Shown: positions 1 to 8,700 of the stretch, piece after piece | How the letters are laid out: each line of letters begins with the position of its first letter | How positions within the stretch are numbered: the first letter of the stretch is position 1 | NCBI GenBank assembly: GCA_000092065.1 | Contig: CP000585.1 | DNA: 64,000 nucleotides | DNA from: Ostreococcus lucimarinus | Taxonomy: Eukaryota | Reading direction: 5' to 3' (one strand) | Notes under the pieces: model-generated | What the model saw: only the letters and a program-made list of their open reading frames with translations | Told to the model about the DNA's origin: nothing | Databases searched by the model: none | Program-made: the position numbers and the translations under genes

Positions 1-200
1 CCCTAAACCCTAAACCCTAAACCCTAAACCCTAAACCCTAAACCCTAAACCCTAAACCCTAAACCCTAAACCCTAAACCCTAAACCCTAAACCCTAAACC
101 CTAAACCCTAAACCCTAAACCCTAAACCCTAAACCCTAAACCCTAAACCCTAAACCCTAAACCCTAAACCCTAAACCCTAAACCCTAAACCCTAAACCCT
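1..200. repeat. Telomeric repeat array (CCCTAAA)n, about 28 units, C-rich strand of TTTAGGG; chromosome terminus
   Basis: Perfect heptamer CCCTAAA tandem from base 1 to ~200, then unique sequence; plant/green-algal type telomere unit. Confidence 0.95.
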
Positions 201-456
201 CTGTGAAAATAATGGAACCCCAAGCACTCCTCTTGCGTGACACACAGTCGATTTGGGTGGAAAGCCTGCGGAGGATCCTTTATGCCGCAAGCTTTCTCAC
301 ACAAATTTCTTCGTTGCCATCTCGAGCCGTGAAGTCTTTCCAAGATGGGTCCTCTGCTTTCCATGTCGAAGCGACAGTTCTGCAAGCCATAAAGGGGAGT
401 CGCGCAATGAGGCAGCTAGTAAGGCGTGGTTCGGCAACTAACGATAGACCTTAAAC

Positions 457-1110
457 TTAAAGGTGCTCAATAAATTTGACGTACGTCGCTACGGCGTCGT
501 CGGTCATCGGAACGATGTGTCCGCGTTCGTGTTCAAAGACTTGAGCGTTCGCGCCGAACGCCTCTGCTACGCGTCGCGCCTGCGCTGGTGGGTTGATGAC
601 ATCGCGCTCGCCGACGACGTGCAAACTGCGAACGACGTCCGACGGCATCGTTTCTAGCTTGGCCGCCGCACACGTCGGCCAGGCGGCGCCGACGATGATG
701 GCCAATTCTTTAATCGCTCTTTCCTCTTTTTGCTTCCCTCCGTCCTCCGCGATAACTAAAGCAGCGAGCATGGCGCCTTGAGAAAAACCAAACAGGCCGT
801 CCCACGGGCCGGCCTCGATCACGCGCTTCATCGAAATATCTAACCCAGGAAGCGACGCGGCGTTGTAAGTGCGCTGTCCGGGCTGCAACGTCCACCATCC
901 GCGCCCGCCCGGGTTCGGCTCTGGTTGGGTGCCATCGGCGAAATGCCAGTCCCAACTGTTCGAGGTCGCGTCCACGAGCGGTGCGAGCCCGCGCGCGAAC
1001 GAGGCCGCGTTCCCACCCTTGCCGTGCAAGCAAAGCATGCGTTTCTTGCGCGTCACATCACCATCGCTCGAGACCATCGTCGCCGTCGCCGCGCGAGCGA
1101 TGGGTGGCAT
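457..1110 (-). CDS. FSH1/OVCA2-family serine hydrolase (alpha/beta hydrolase, DUF341-like)
   Basis: 217-aa ORF; N-terminal LCLHGKGGNAASF, nucleophile-elbow-like GFSQG, C-terminal HxxGERD...H pattern typical of FSH1/OVCA2 hydrolases. Confidence 0.55.
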   Translation of the reverse strand: MPPIARAATATMVSSDGDVTRKKRMLCLHGKGGNAASFARGLAPLVDATSNSWDWHFADGTQPEPNPGGRGWWTLQPGQRTYNAASLPGLDISMKRVIEAGPWDGLFGFSQGAMLAALVIAEDGGKQKEERAIKELAIIVGAAWPTCAAAKLETMPSDVVRSLHVVGERDVINPPAQARRVAEAFGANAQVFEHERGHIVPMTDDAVATYVKFIEHL

Positions 1111-1173
1111 CGCGCGCCTCGATGTGGTGGACTCGACTCGTCACTTTCCGCCGCCGCGCGATGCCCGCGCGCG

Positions 1174-3378
1174 ATGCCCAAGCGTAAGCGACGGCCGTGG
1201 TTGAGCGAAGACGCGGCGAACGCGGCGAACGCGAACGCGAGCTCAAAGGCGAGCGCGCGACGCGAACGCGAACGCGCGTTTCGCGAAGCCCATCCCGAGC
1301 GCTTCATCGATGAAGAGACGGACGACGAGAAGAACGCGCGACGCGACGCGCGTGCGGGCGAGGCCCGTGCGCACGGAGATGCTCGAGATGGGAGCGCACT
1401 CGGGTCGTTCCTCGATGTGGGTGCGCCGCGCGAACGCAGACGAGGTGGGCACGGACGACGCGCGCGCGACGACGCTGGAACGACAGACCCGACGACTTTG
1501 CCCACGCACGCGCCGTGTCAAACGAGAGACGATATAGATGCGCAGGAGTTTGAACGACGACGGGCGCGCGTGGAGGCGGTGACGAGAGAGATTGGAACGT
1601 GCGCGCGGCACAAGCAGTTGGCACGGGCGTGTGAGATGTTTGTGAACTTGGTCTCTCGCGAGGGGTTGGTGCCATCGCCTTACACGTACGCGTCGTTGCT
1701 CAACGCGTACGTGAACACGGGAACTATGGATGGTGCCGAGGCGTTAATGGAGCGTATGCGAGACGTCGGGTGCGCGCCAAACGTCGTAGCGTACACGACA
1801 ATGTTGAAGGGCTACATGCTCGTGGCGAATGTCGACGCCGCGTGGCGAACGCTCAACGGAATTATGCACAACCGAATGTCGCCCGATAGCCGCGCTGTGA
1901 ACACGTACATTCGAGTGTGCGTGCGATGTGGGAACCTGCAAATGGCGCGCCGCGCTTTTGATCGCATGCGTGACTGGGATGTGGTTCCGGACGCCACAAC
2001 GCACAAGCTCATCGGTCGCTTGCTCGCGCAAGGATTGAAGCGCGACGAACTGAAGGCATTAATCAAGCGCACCGTCAAGGGCGAGCACTTGAGATGGACG
2101 AAGGACCCAAGCAGCGGGCCTTGTCAATTTTGGCGCGCTGGGAAATGCGAGCGAGGCGTGAATTGTCGTTTTTATCACGACGATTCAATCGTGCAAAGCG
2201 ACGCGCGCGTGCGTGAGATTGAATCAAATGATACTTTGGCGAGCATGTACGTGAATCACGCGCATGCGTCGGCAATTTCAGGAGACGTGAAACAGAGCAA
2301 AAAGTCGCTTCGCAAAGCCGCAGAGTATCTGACCGAAAATGTCACCGCGGAAGCTTTGACAGTCGGCGGTCTGAAGGATAAAGACGAGCGGGCCGAGTTG
2401 TTTCGTCAAACAAACCGCGACGAGCTCAAACTCGAGATGCGACGCATCGAGGACTTCGTCGAACGATTGATGAGTGGCAAACAACAGCCTCCGAAGCTGG
2501 ACGAACATTTGTCGAGAAGTTTAATCTTTAGTTCACGACTTTTCCAAGAAGTACCAGAACGCGGCGCAAAGATGTCGAGCGAGGAAGTCGACGCACTGCG
2601 CGACAATCTCTACGCCGCGTTGAAGGACACGATGGGGTTGAACGACGATTCCGACGGCTCGGTCAAGCGTGCGATTCGTAAAGTCATCGCAAAAGATGGT
2701 ACGATACGATTTGATCGCATGTTTGGACGTTCCAAAAAGGAGAAGCGCGAGCTGAATGTTGAAGTCGCCGCTGGGAATGGGGACTGGGCTGTGGCTCAAG
2801 CGAAGACTGACGCCTCGGCGGATTGGATCTCTCTCGAGCTTCGTCACGACCGCGTCTACAGCATTTTCTCCCGCGCCGTGTGTTCAGGTGCTTCGAATTT
2901 CGCCGCGATGGGTGGTGACGCGGCGTACATCATGCGTCGTTACGTCGCCTCAGAATCAGTATCGCACGTGTTCGTGAACTTCCCGGAGCCGCCGCATCAC
3001 AGCGGCGACGCTGCGGCGGATAACTCTCTTGCTCTGCTCAACGAGGAGTTTTTCCGCGACATTCACGCGTGTCTCAGACGTGCATACACTTCGACAGATG
3101 CTCCCGGTGGTTTAACGATATTTAGCGACAACCACAGATACATGCAGGCGCTCGCACGCACGCTTGCTGAGCTTGATATATTCACCGCTCGCGACGACGT
3201 CGACCTGGCGTCGGGCGCGCCGGCGAATCAATACGAAACGATTCGCGGCGTTCGTTTGTATCAGGGCGTACCCGGTCCTTCCGCTGGCCATCGCGTGTAC
3301 GAACAGTCGTATTTCGATCGATTTTGGGAAAACGGCCAGCACGTCGATCGGTATTTCATCAGTCTTGTAAGAAAATAG
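1174..3378 (+). CDS. PPR-repeat protein fused to a CCCH zinc finger and a C-terminal TrmB-like (tRNA m7G methyltransferase fold) domain
   Basis: Single 817-aa ORF (925..3378); a start at 925 would overlap the FSH1 gene, so ATG 1174 (MPKRKRR) is preferred. About four 35-aa PPR-like repeats (VPSPYTYASLLNAYVNTG...VVAYTTMLKGY...). C-x8-C-x5-C-x3-H finger (CQFWRAGKCERGVNCRFYHD). C-terminus matches the TrmB/Methyltransf_4 pattern (GNGDWAVAQAK...VFVNFPEPPHH...LTIFSDNHRY). Confidence 0.55.
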   Translation: MPKRKRRPWLSEDAANAANANASSKASARRERERAFREAHPERFIDEETDDEKNARRDARAGEARAHGDARDGSALGSFLDVGAPRERRRGGHGRRARDDAGTTDPTTLPTHAPCQTRDDIDAQEFERRRARVEAVTREIGTCARHKQLARACEMFVNLVSREGLVPSPYTYASLLNAYVNTGTMDGAEALMERMRDVGCAPNVVAYTTMLKGYMLVANVDAAWRTLNGIMHNRMSPDSRAVNTYIRVCVRCGNLQMARRAFDRMRDWDVVPDATTHKLIGRLLAQGLKRDELKALIKRTVKGEHLRWTKDPSSGPCQFWRAGKCERGVNCRFYHDDSIVQSDARVREIESNDTLASMYVNHAHASAISGDVKQSKKSLRKAAEYLTENVTAEALTVGGLKDKDERAELFRQTNRDELKLEMRRIEDFVERLMSGKQQPPKLDEHLSRSLIFSSRLFQEVPERGAKMSSEEVDALRDNLYAALKDTMGLNDDSDGSVKRAIRKVIAKDGTIRFDRMFGRSKKEKRELNVEVAAGNGDWAVAQAKTDASADWISLELRHDRVYSIFSRAVCSGASNFAAMGGDAAYIMRRYVASESVSHVFVNFPEPPHHSGDAAADNSLALLNEEFFRDIHACLRRAYTSTDAPGGLTIFSDNHRYMQALARTLAELDIFTARDDVDLASGAPANQYETIRGVRLYQGVPGPSAGHRVYEQSYFDRFWENGQHVDRYFISLVRK

Positions 3379-3457
3379 TGTAGTCGTCGAATCCGCGCGA
3401 ATGCGTCATTGCGCGACTCCCCTCCCGCGTTCGCCGCGGGCGTTGCGTATCCGTGCG

Positions 3458-4441
3458 ATGGGGAAGAACGACGACGAACGCGGCATCGAGCGCCGCCGAA
3501 TCTTGCTCGTATTCGACCTCAACGGCTTGTTCGTCGAGCGCTTCCGAAACGGAAAATTCACCAGACCTCACGCGGTCGACGCCATCGAAACGGAGCGCGC
3601 CGTTGAGATCGAAGACGCTGTGCCGCGCGCCTCTTCTCCGGTGTCTTCGCGTACGCGCGGTGCGGCGACGCGACTCGAGGTCGTGGAGCCGGACTTTCGG
3701 GTTGGCCGTCACAACCATTACGTTAGGCGCTACACTGAAGAATTTTTGCGCTGGGCTCATGGGCGCTTCGACGTCGCTGTGTGGTCTTCTGCGATGGAAG
3801 TGAACACGACGGCGATGGTGGAAAATATATGGCCGTCCGATTTACGGTCGAAGATCGCGTTCGTGCTCAATCAAGACCACTGCGCGGTGGACGGCGTGAT
3901 GAAAACCAAAGGCGGCTCGAAAGGAACAAAGCCAAAGTTTCTGAAACCGCTGTCGGTGGTGTGGGAAAAGTTTGCGGATAGGTTCGATGCTATGAACACG
4001 TTACTCATCGACGACGACGCGTACAAGGCCATTCGCAACCCTGCGAATACGGCAATCCATCCGAAACCATTTTCTGTGGCGACGCGTGATTCCGACGACG
4101 GACTCAGCGCGAATGGCGCGCTCCGCAAATACCTCGCGAGACTTCTCGCGAGCGACTCGGTGCCCGACTTCGTCAAGGCAAATCGCTTCATCGACGGACA
4201 ACATGACGAAAGGTCAAATGAAGGATTTGTCGAAGATGTAGCAAAGAGCATTGAAACGGTTAACGCAAAACTCGCCGCGTTGCGCGTTCAAGAGAAGGTA
4301 TCACGGCAAAAGACGAAACCCGAGATGAGGATTCCACTTCCGAAATCGCTCATCATGAGGAACGCGGCGAAGACTCGAACGATCGCGCCCGTCGAGCCCG
4401 TCGTAACGCCGACGAGCGAACGAACACGGAGCACTAGGTAG
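3458..4441 (+). CDS. FCP1-homology/NIF-type (CPDc, HAD-like) phosphatase-domain protein with non-canonical motif I (DLNGL); tandem paralog 1
   Basis: ORF 3401..4441; ATG 3458 (MGKNDDERG) is chosen because it clears the upstream gene. LLVFDLNGLFV sits where DLDETL is expected; conserved WSSA...NT, TLLIDDDAYKAIRNPANTAIHPKPF and DSDD...DVR-like blocks typical of CTD-phosphatase-like domains. Confidence 0.6.
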   Translation: MGKNDDERGIERRRILLVFDLNGLFVERFRNGKFTRPHAVDAIETERAVEIEDAVPRASSPVSSRTRGAATRLEVVEPDFRVGRHNHYVRRYTEEFLRWAHGRFDVAVWSSAMEVNTTAMVENIWPSDLRSKIAFVLNQDHCAVDGVMKTKGGSKGTKPKFLKPLSVVWEKFADRFDAMNTLLIDDDAYKAIRNPANTAIHPKPFSVATRDSDDGLSANGALRKYLARLLASDSVPDFVKANRFIDGQHDERSNEGFVEDVAKSIETVNAKLAALRVQEKVSRQKTKPEMRIPLPKSLIMRNAAKTRTIAPVEPVVTPTSERTRSTR

Positions 4442-4527
4442 CAACTAGAGAAGTAGCGTTTTAGTTTTAGTTAGTTTTAGCGTACCCCGACCAAGACCTC
4501 AGTGCGCGCCGCGCGCTCGAACGCACT

Positions 4528-5739
4528 ATGCCCAAGAAGAAACAGGAAATCATCACCACGCGCGCGTCAAATCGGCTGAAAGCACGCGCCGCGGCGGCGC
4601 AGGAAGCCGCGGACGAGGCGATGCGCGCCGGCAAGCGTCCGGCAGTTGCTGCACGAAAGGCTGCGGTAAAGCTCGCCAAAGTCGCCGCCGATGCCGCAAA
4701 GTCGGTGACTGCGAGGGACAAGCGAGGGAATAAGCGCCTGAACGTCGTCGAAGCAGACGCAGCGGCCGAAGATGGCGCGAAAGAGGCGCGGGCTCCGCCG
4801 CCGCCACCGAAGAAGAATGCGAAAAAAAGCTCGGCGAACGCGCTCGTGGCGGCGTCGGGGGCCATCGGGAACACGCGCGCGGTGAGTGCGGTGAAACACG
4901 ACAAGCTTCTCGTCCTCGACCTTAACGGGCTGTTCATCGATCGTCGAATCAAGAGACACGTGAGGGAGGGCGACGACGACGTGGCGTCCGACGAAGAACT
5001 ACGCACTGAGTTGAGGCTGGACGTGGACTCGATCGAGGCGCCGACAAACTCGAAGGAAGTGACGGAGGACGCCAAAGTTGGCAACTTTTACGTGTACGAA
5101 CGTCCACACATGCGCGAGTTTATTGAATGGGTGCACACGCGGTTTGAAGTGGGCGTGTGGTCGAGCGCCAACTTTCGAAACACGACGAATTTGGTAGACT
5201 ACGTGTGGGGCGAGCACAAAAACAAAATCGCATTCGTTTGGGGGCAAGAAAGGTGCTCTGATGTTGGCATCGCGCCCTCATCGACGTCGACGCGCCCAAT
5301 GTTTCTCAAAGAATTGAAACACGTCTGGAAACTTAAAAGGAACACGGGGCTATCTCACTTCAACAAAACGAATACGCTTTTGATTGACGACTCGCCTTAC
5401 AAAGCCATTCGAAACCCCGCGCACACCGCCATCCATCCGTGCGGATTCACCACGGACGATCGTGAGTCGGACGATTTGTTGAGTGAACATGGCGCGCTTC
5501 GCCAATATCTCGAGCGATTGTCAGACGCAAAATCTGTCCCTGACTTCGTGCAGACCAACCCGTGGAATGGTGGGAAGATCAGCGAGCAGCACCAAAGGCA
5601 AATTGCACACGCACACGAAGCTTGCGCAATCGCGACTCAAAAGGCAAAGGCAAAGCTATTTGCTTTCAGGGATCCTTTGGAAATCGATTTGGACGAGGAG
5701 CTCGCCGACCCTTTGGAAATCGATTTGGACAATCTCTAG
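4528..5739 (+). CDS. FCP1-homology/NIF-type phosphatase-domain protein, tandem paralog 2 (DLNGL motif; Lys/Ala-rich N-terminus; C-terminal 12-aa direct repeat)
   Basis: 403-aa ORF starting MPKKKQ; LLVLDLNGLFIDR, WSSANFRNTT, TLLIDDSPYKAIRNPAHTAIHPCGF and ESDDLLSEHGALRQYLERL are collinear with paralog 1; C-terminus DPLEIDLDEELADPLEIDLDNL. Confidence 0.65.
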   Translation: MPKKKQEIITTRASNRLKARAAAAQEAADEAMRAGKRPAVAARKAAVKLAKVAADAAKSVTARDKRGNKRLNVVEADAAAEDGAKEARAPPPPPKKNAKKSSANALVAASGAIGNTRAVSAVKHDKLLVLDLNGLFIDRRIKRHVREGDDDVASDEELRTELRLDVDSIEAPTNSKEVTEDAKVGNFYVYERPHMREFIEWVHTRFEVGVWSSANFRNTTNLVDYVWGEHKNKIAFVWGQERCSDVGIAPSSTSTRPMFLKELKHVWKLKRNTGLSHFNKTNTLLIDDSPYKAIRNPAHTAIHPCGFTTDDRESDDLLSEHGALRQYLERLSDAKSVPDFVQTNPWNGGKISEQHQRQIAHAHEACAIATQKAKAKLFAFRDPLEIDLDEELADPLEIDLDNL

Positions 5740-5770
5740 CGTCCACTACAATCTACGAATCTAGCTAGCC

Positions 5771-8700
5771 CTAAGTAAGTTTTATTTGTGATAGCCTCAT
5801 CATTAGCTCTTCTTTTGGACGCGTTGGGATCGCACTCGCAGACCAGAAGCGAAGCATCGGTAAGCAGTTTGTCGAAATTGCATACTCGCCGACGCGCACC
5901 TCGCGCGGTTTTGGATCGATGGCGAAAGAAAACGCTGATGCGTGCGGTGGGCTCGACGAATCTTCGCCATCGTGATACCGATACTGCTTGCGACACTCGA
6001 ATATCATCTCATTCAAAGATGTCGCGTACGACACGGCTGTTCGTACCGCCGCGGAATCTTTGCCGCCGAGAACGTTTGAGGCGTGACCGCGCACGACGTG
6101 ACCGCCCGTGACAGCTCCCAGATCTCTTTCCTCGTCGCTACTCTTTATCAAACGCGACGTCACTCGACCATGCTTTTTCACTATCGCCAGGATCTCGTTC
6201 CGAACTTCTAGCGGCGTGAGCGCCATTCCGGCTTCGCCGGTTAGCCAACAGTCGGCTTGAGCCGTGCCGTCGTCTAAAATCACAGAAGCCTCGACTTCGA
6301 ACACACCCGGCCTCGAAGTTCCACGTGCTGAGGGGCGACACACGTCACATCCAGCCAAAACTGCGGGTAACCTGCGCTTGGTCGCGCCAGTGGCGGGGTT
6401 AACGCTCACGTGCATGAGTGATCCGGCGTCGCAACCGCACGCCGGACAGCACCAGCGAACCGTCAACATGGACACCGAAACGACTCGAGCACGCACCGCG
6501 AACGTTCGTCTACTGATTACCAGCCGCTCGCCTGAGTTGCGCATTTCTTCGTCAAAGAGTGCACGAATCGACTGCCTCATCGAAATATTCGTCAAAAGTG
6601 GCAGGTATTCAGATGTCGACGCGCATCGCTCGTGGATCTCAATCGTCGTCACGCCGGGATTCAGTTTGACGTATATGTTCATTGACGCCGCAGAAAGATG
6701 ACGCATCGCGCGATGAATCGTAATTTTTGCTCCTATGCCCACTCCGACGGGAAGGCTGAACGCGGACGTCTTACAGTACACGTCGACAACGTCGTGCGTC
6801 TCGACGTCTTGAACTTTGAATCTCGGCTCCCAGCCAAACTGTGATTGGGATTCTCTACGATTTTCACTCTCAAACCATTCTTCGGCGACGATGATACACC
6901 TAAATGACACAAGTTCTGGTGATGGTTGCCACGAATCTGCACTGCTGAGATGTTTCGCGAAGACTTTGCCCCACACTAGAACATCTCGCACGTCGCGCAC
7001 TTCGGGCGTCGCCGTCATCTCGTCGTCTTCATCGTCGGGCAACACGAAAGCGTCAACATCTGGACGCTCGTCGACGATAAACGTCGTCGCCCCGGAATTC
7101 AGAGTCGGGACGATCGGAATCAAATACGTCGTGCCGTGTCGAAGCAGACAGAACCAACTGTTCTTGGGTCCGAAAGAGACGGCGATTCTGCCGCTGCTTC
7201 GAGACTCGTGCGTCGTGTTCACTATGACGCCGTCCAACGTCTTTACGCCCCCTTGCGCCGTATAGACCTGAATGCTCGTACGTTGTTTCACTTCGGACGA
7301 CGCATCGATTGTGAAAGTCCACGTCGGGGCGACGATAGGATGAGAAAACTTGGAACTGGCGAGTCGCGGCGGGAGCAGCTGCGCGCCCTTCGTCGCCGAA
7401 TTGACGGCCACGTACATGGTGCCGTGGCTCTCTGATTTGGCGCTCGATGTCGGGTTTTGAATGACGACAATATTATCCGAGTCCACGCATAGACTCACGC
7501 GCACCGAAGCGTTGTGATGGTTCAACGCGTCGGCGCGAGAACCGACGTACGCGCCTTCGCACATGATTTCGCACTCCCTGAGCACGACGAGTTTGTTCAA
7601 CATGCTCGGCGCGGGCGCTCGTTTCAAGAATGATTCGATGCAAAGCTCCACAGCTCCTGATGCGTCGACGACGTGGAGTCGTCCATACATGCAGCGTAAT
7701 ATGCCCATGACGTAACGAGGTGGATCAACCTCGCCCAACCGCCCCGTCGCGCGAATGACGACTTTACCTTCGTTGCGAGTGCTGCCGCGCTTGCACGCGG
7801 CGGCGACTTTGTTTTCATCTTTCCACTTCTCAAATACGGCGTCTTTCAACGAGTTTATCGTCGGGACGTCGAAATTACTGATGGACTCCCCGCCCAGTGG
7901 CGTCGGAGCGAAAAACTCTCGGTAAACGTCTGCTCGTTTGAACGCCTTCGAGCCCAAGTCGTGCATCGCCAGTAACAGCGGCGCCGCGGTTTGTTCGTCG
8001 CTCGCTTCACCCGTCTTCCCGAGCGCGTACTCGGCGCTCGCGACATCGATCAGCCTAGAATCGTTCAGAATATCAAAGTTGGTCTCAAAAACTTCCCGCC
8101 ATGCCGCGGCGGCTTCGGCGTACACGAAATTCGACTGTTCCACGACGTACTTGAGCACGCGCGAAAACCGATTCGCCTTTTCGTCCGCGTTGTCTGAGTA
8201 CATCTCGGTCTCTCCTTCCGATGCGTTCTCCGTCGATGTGCGCTTTATCACAATTTGGGTGCGTAAATCAACACCGAGCGTCTCCACGACCCGCTCGTTG
8301 TATTCATCGACTCGCCAAACAGGATGCGCGTGCGTTACGACGACGCGCGCGCCGACGCGCAAACCGGAAACGACGATCTTTGAGTCGACGAGAGGAACGT
8401 GCGTAAACGTGAGTTTGACGTCCCGTCCTTGAGCGTCACGCAGGATCGCGTACGCACGACTAGTACGAACCGATACGACGTGTCCTTCAAACCTATCCAC
8501 CGTCGCCCCTGCGCCGCACATGGCGCACGCGCACGCGCAGCGACGCACTCTGCGCTCGCCAAAGGTGAGACTAACCACGTGAAACTCAGCCGTGGCGGAA
8601 AATGCGCGTAATTCGTGCGTCGCGTCGCCCTTGAATAACACGACTTTGCGTAAATTTCGCATCTCCACCCTCGAACCGACGCACTGTCTTAATATGCACT

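Noticed and set aside
203-454. Short ORFs (66-83 aa) in the 250 bp between telomere and first gene
   Set aside because: No motifs, overlapping each other in different frames, located in what is most likely the 3' UTR/terminator of the 457-1110 gene.
925-1173. 5' extension of the PPR-CCCH-TrmB ORF back to 925
   Set aside because: Would overlap the convergent/adjacent FSH1-like gene on the other strand by ~190 bp. Arg-rich low complexity; the ATG at 1174 was chosen instead.
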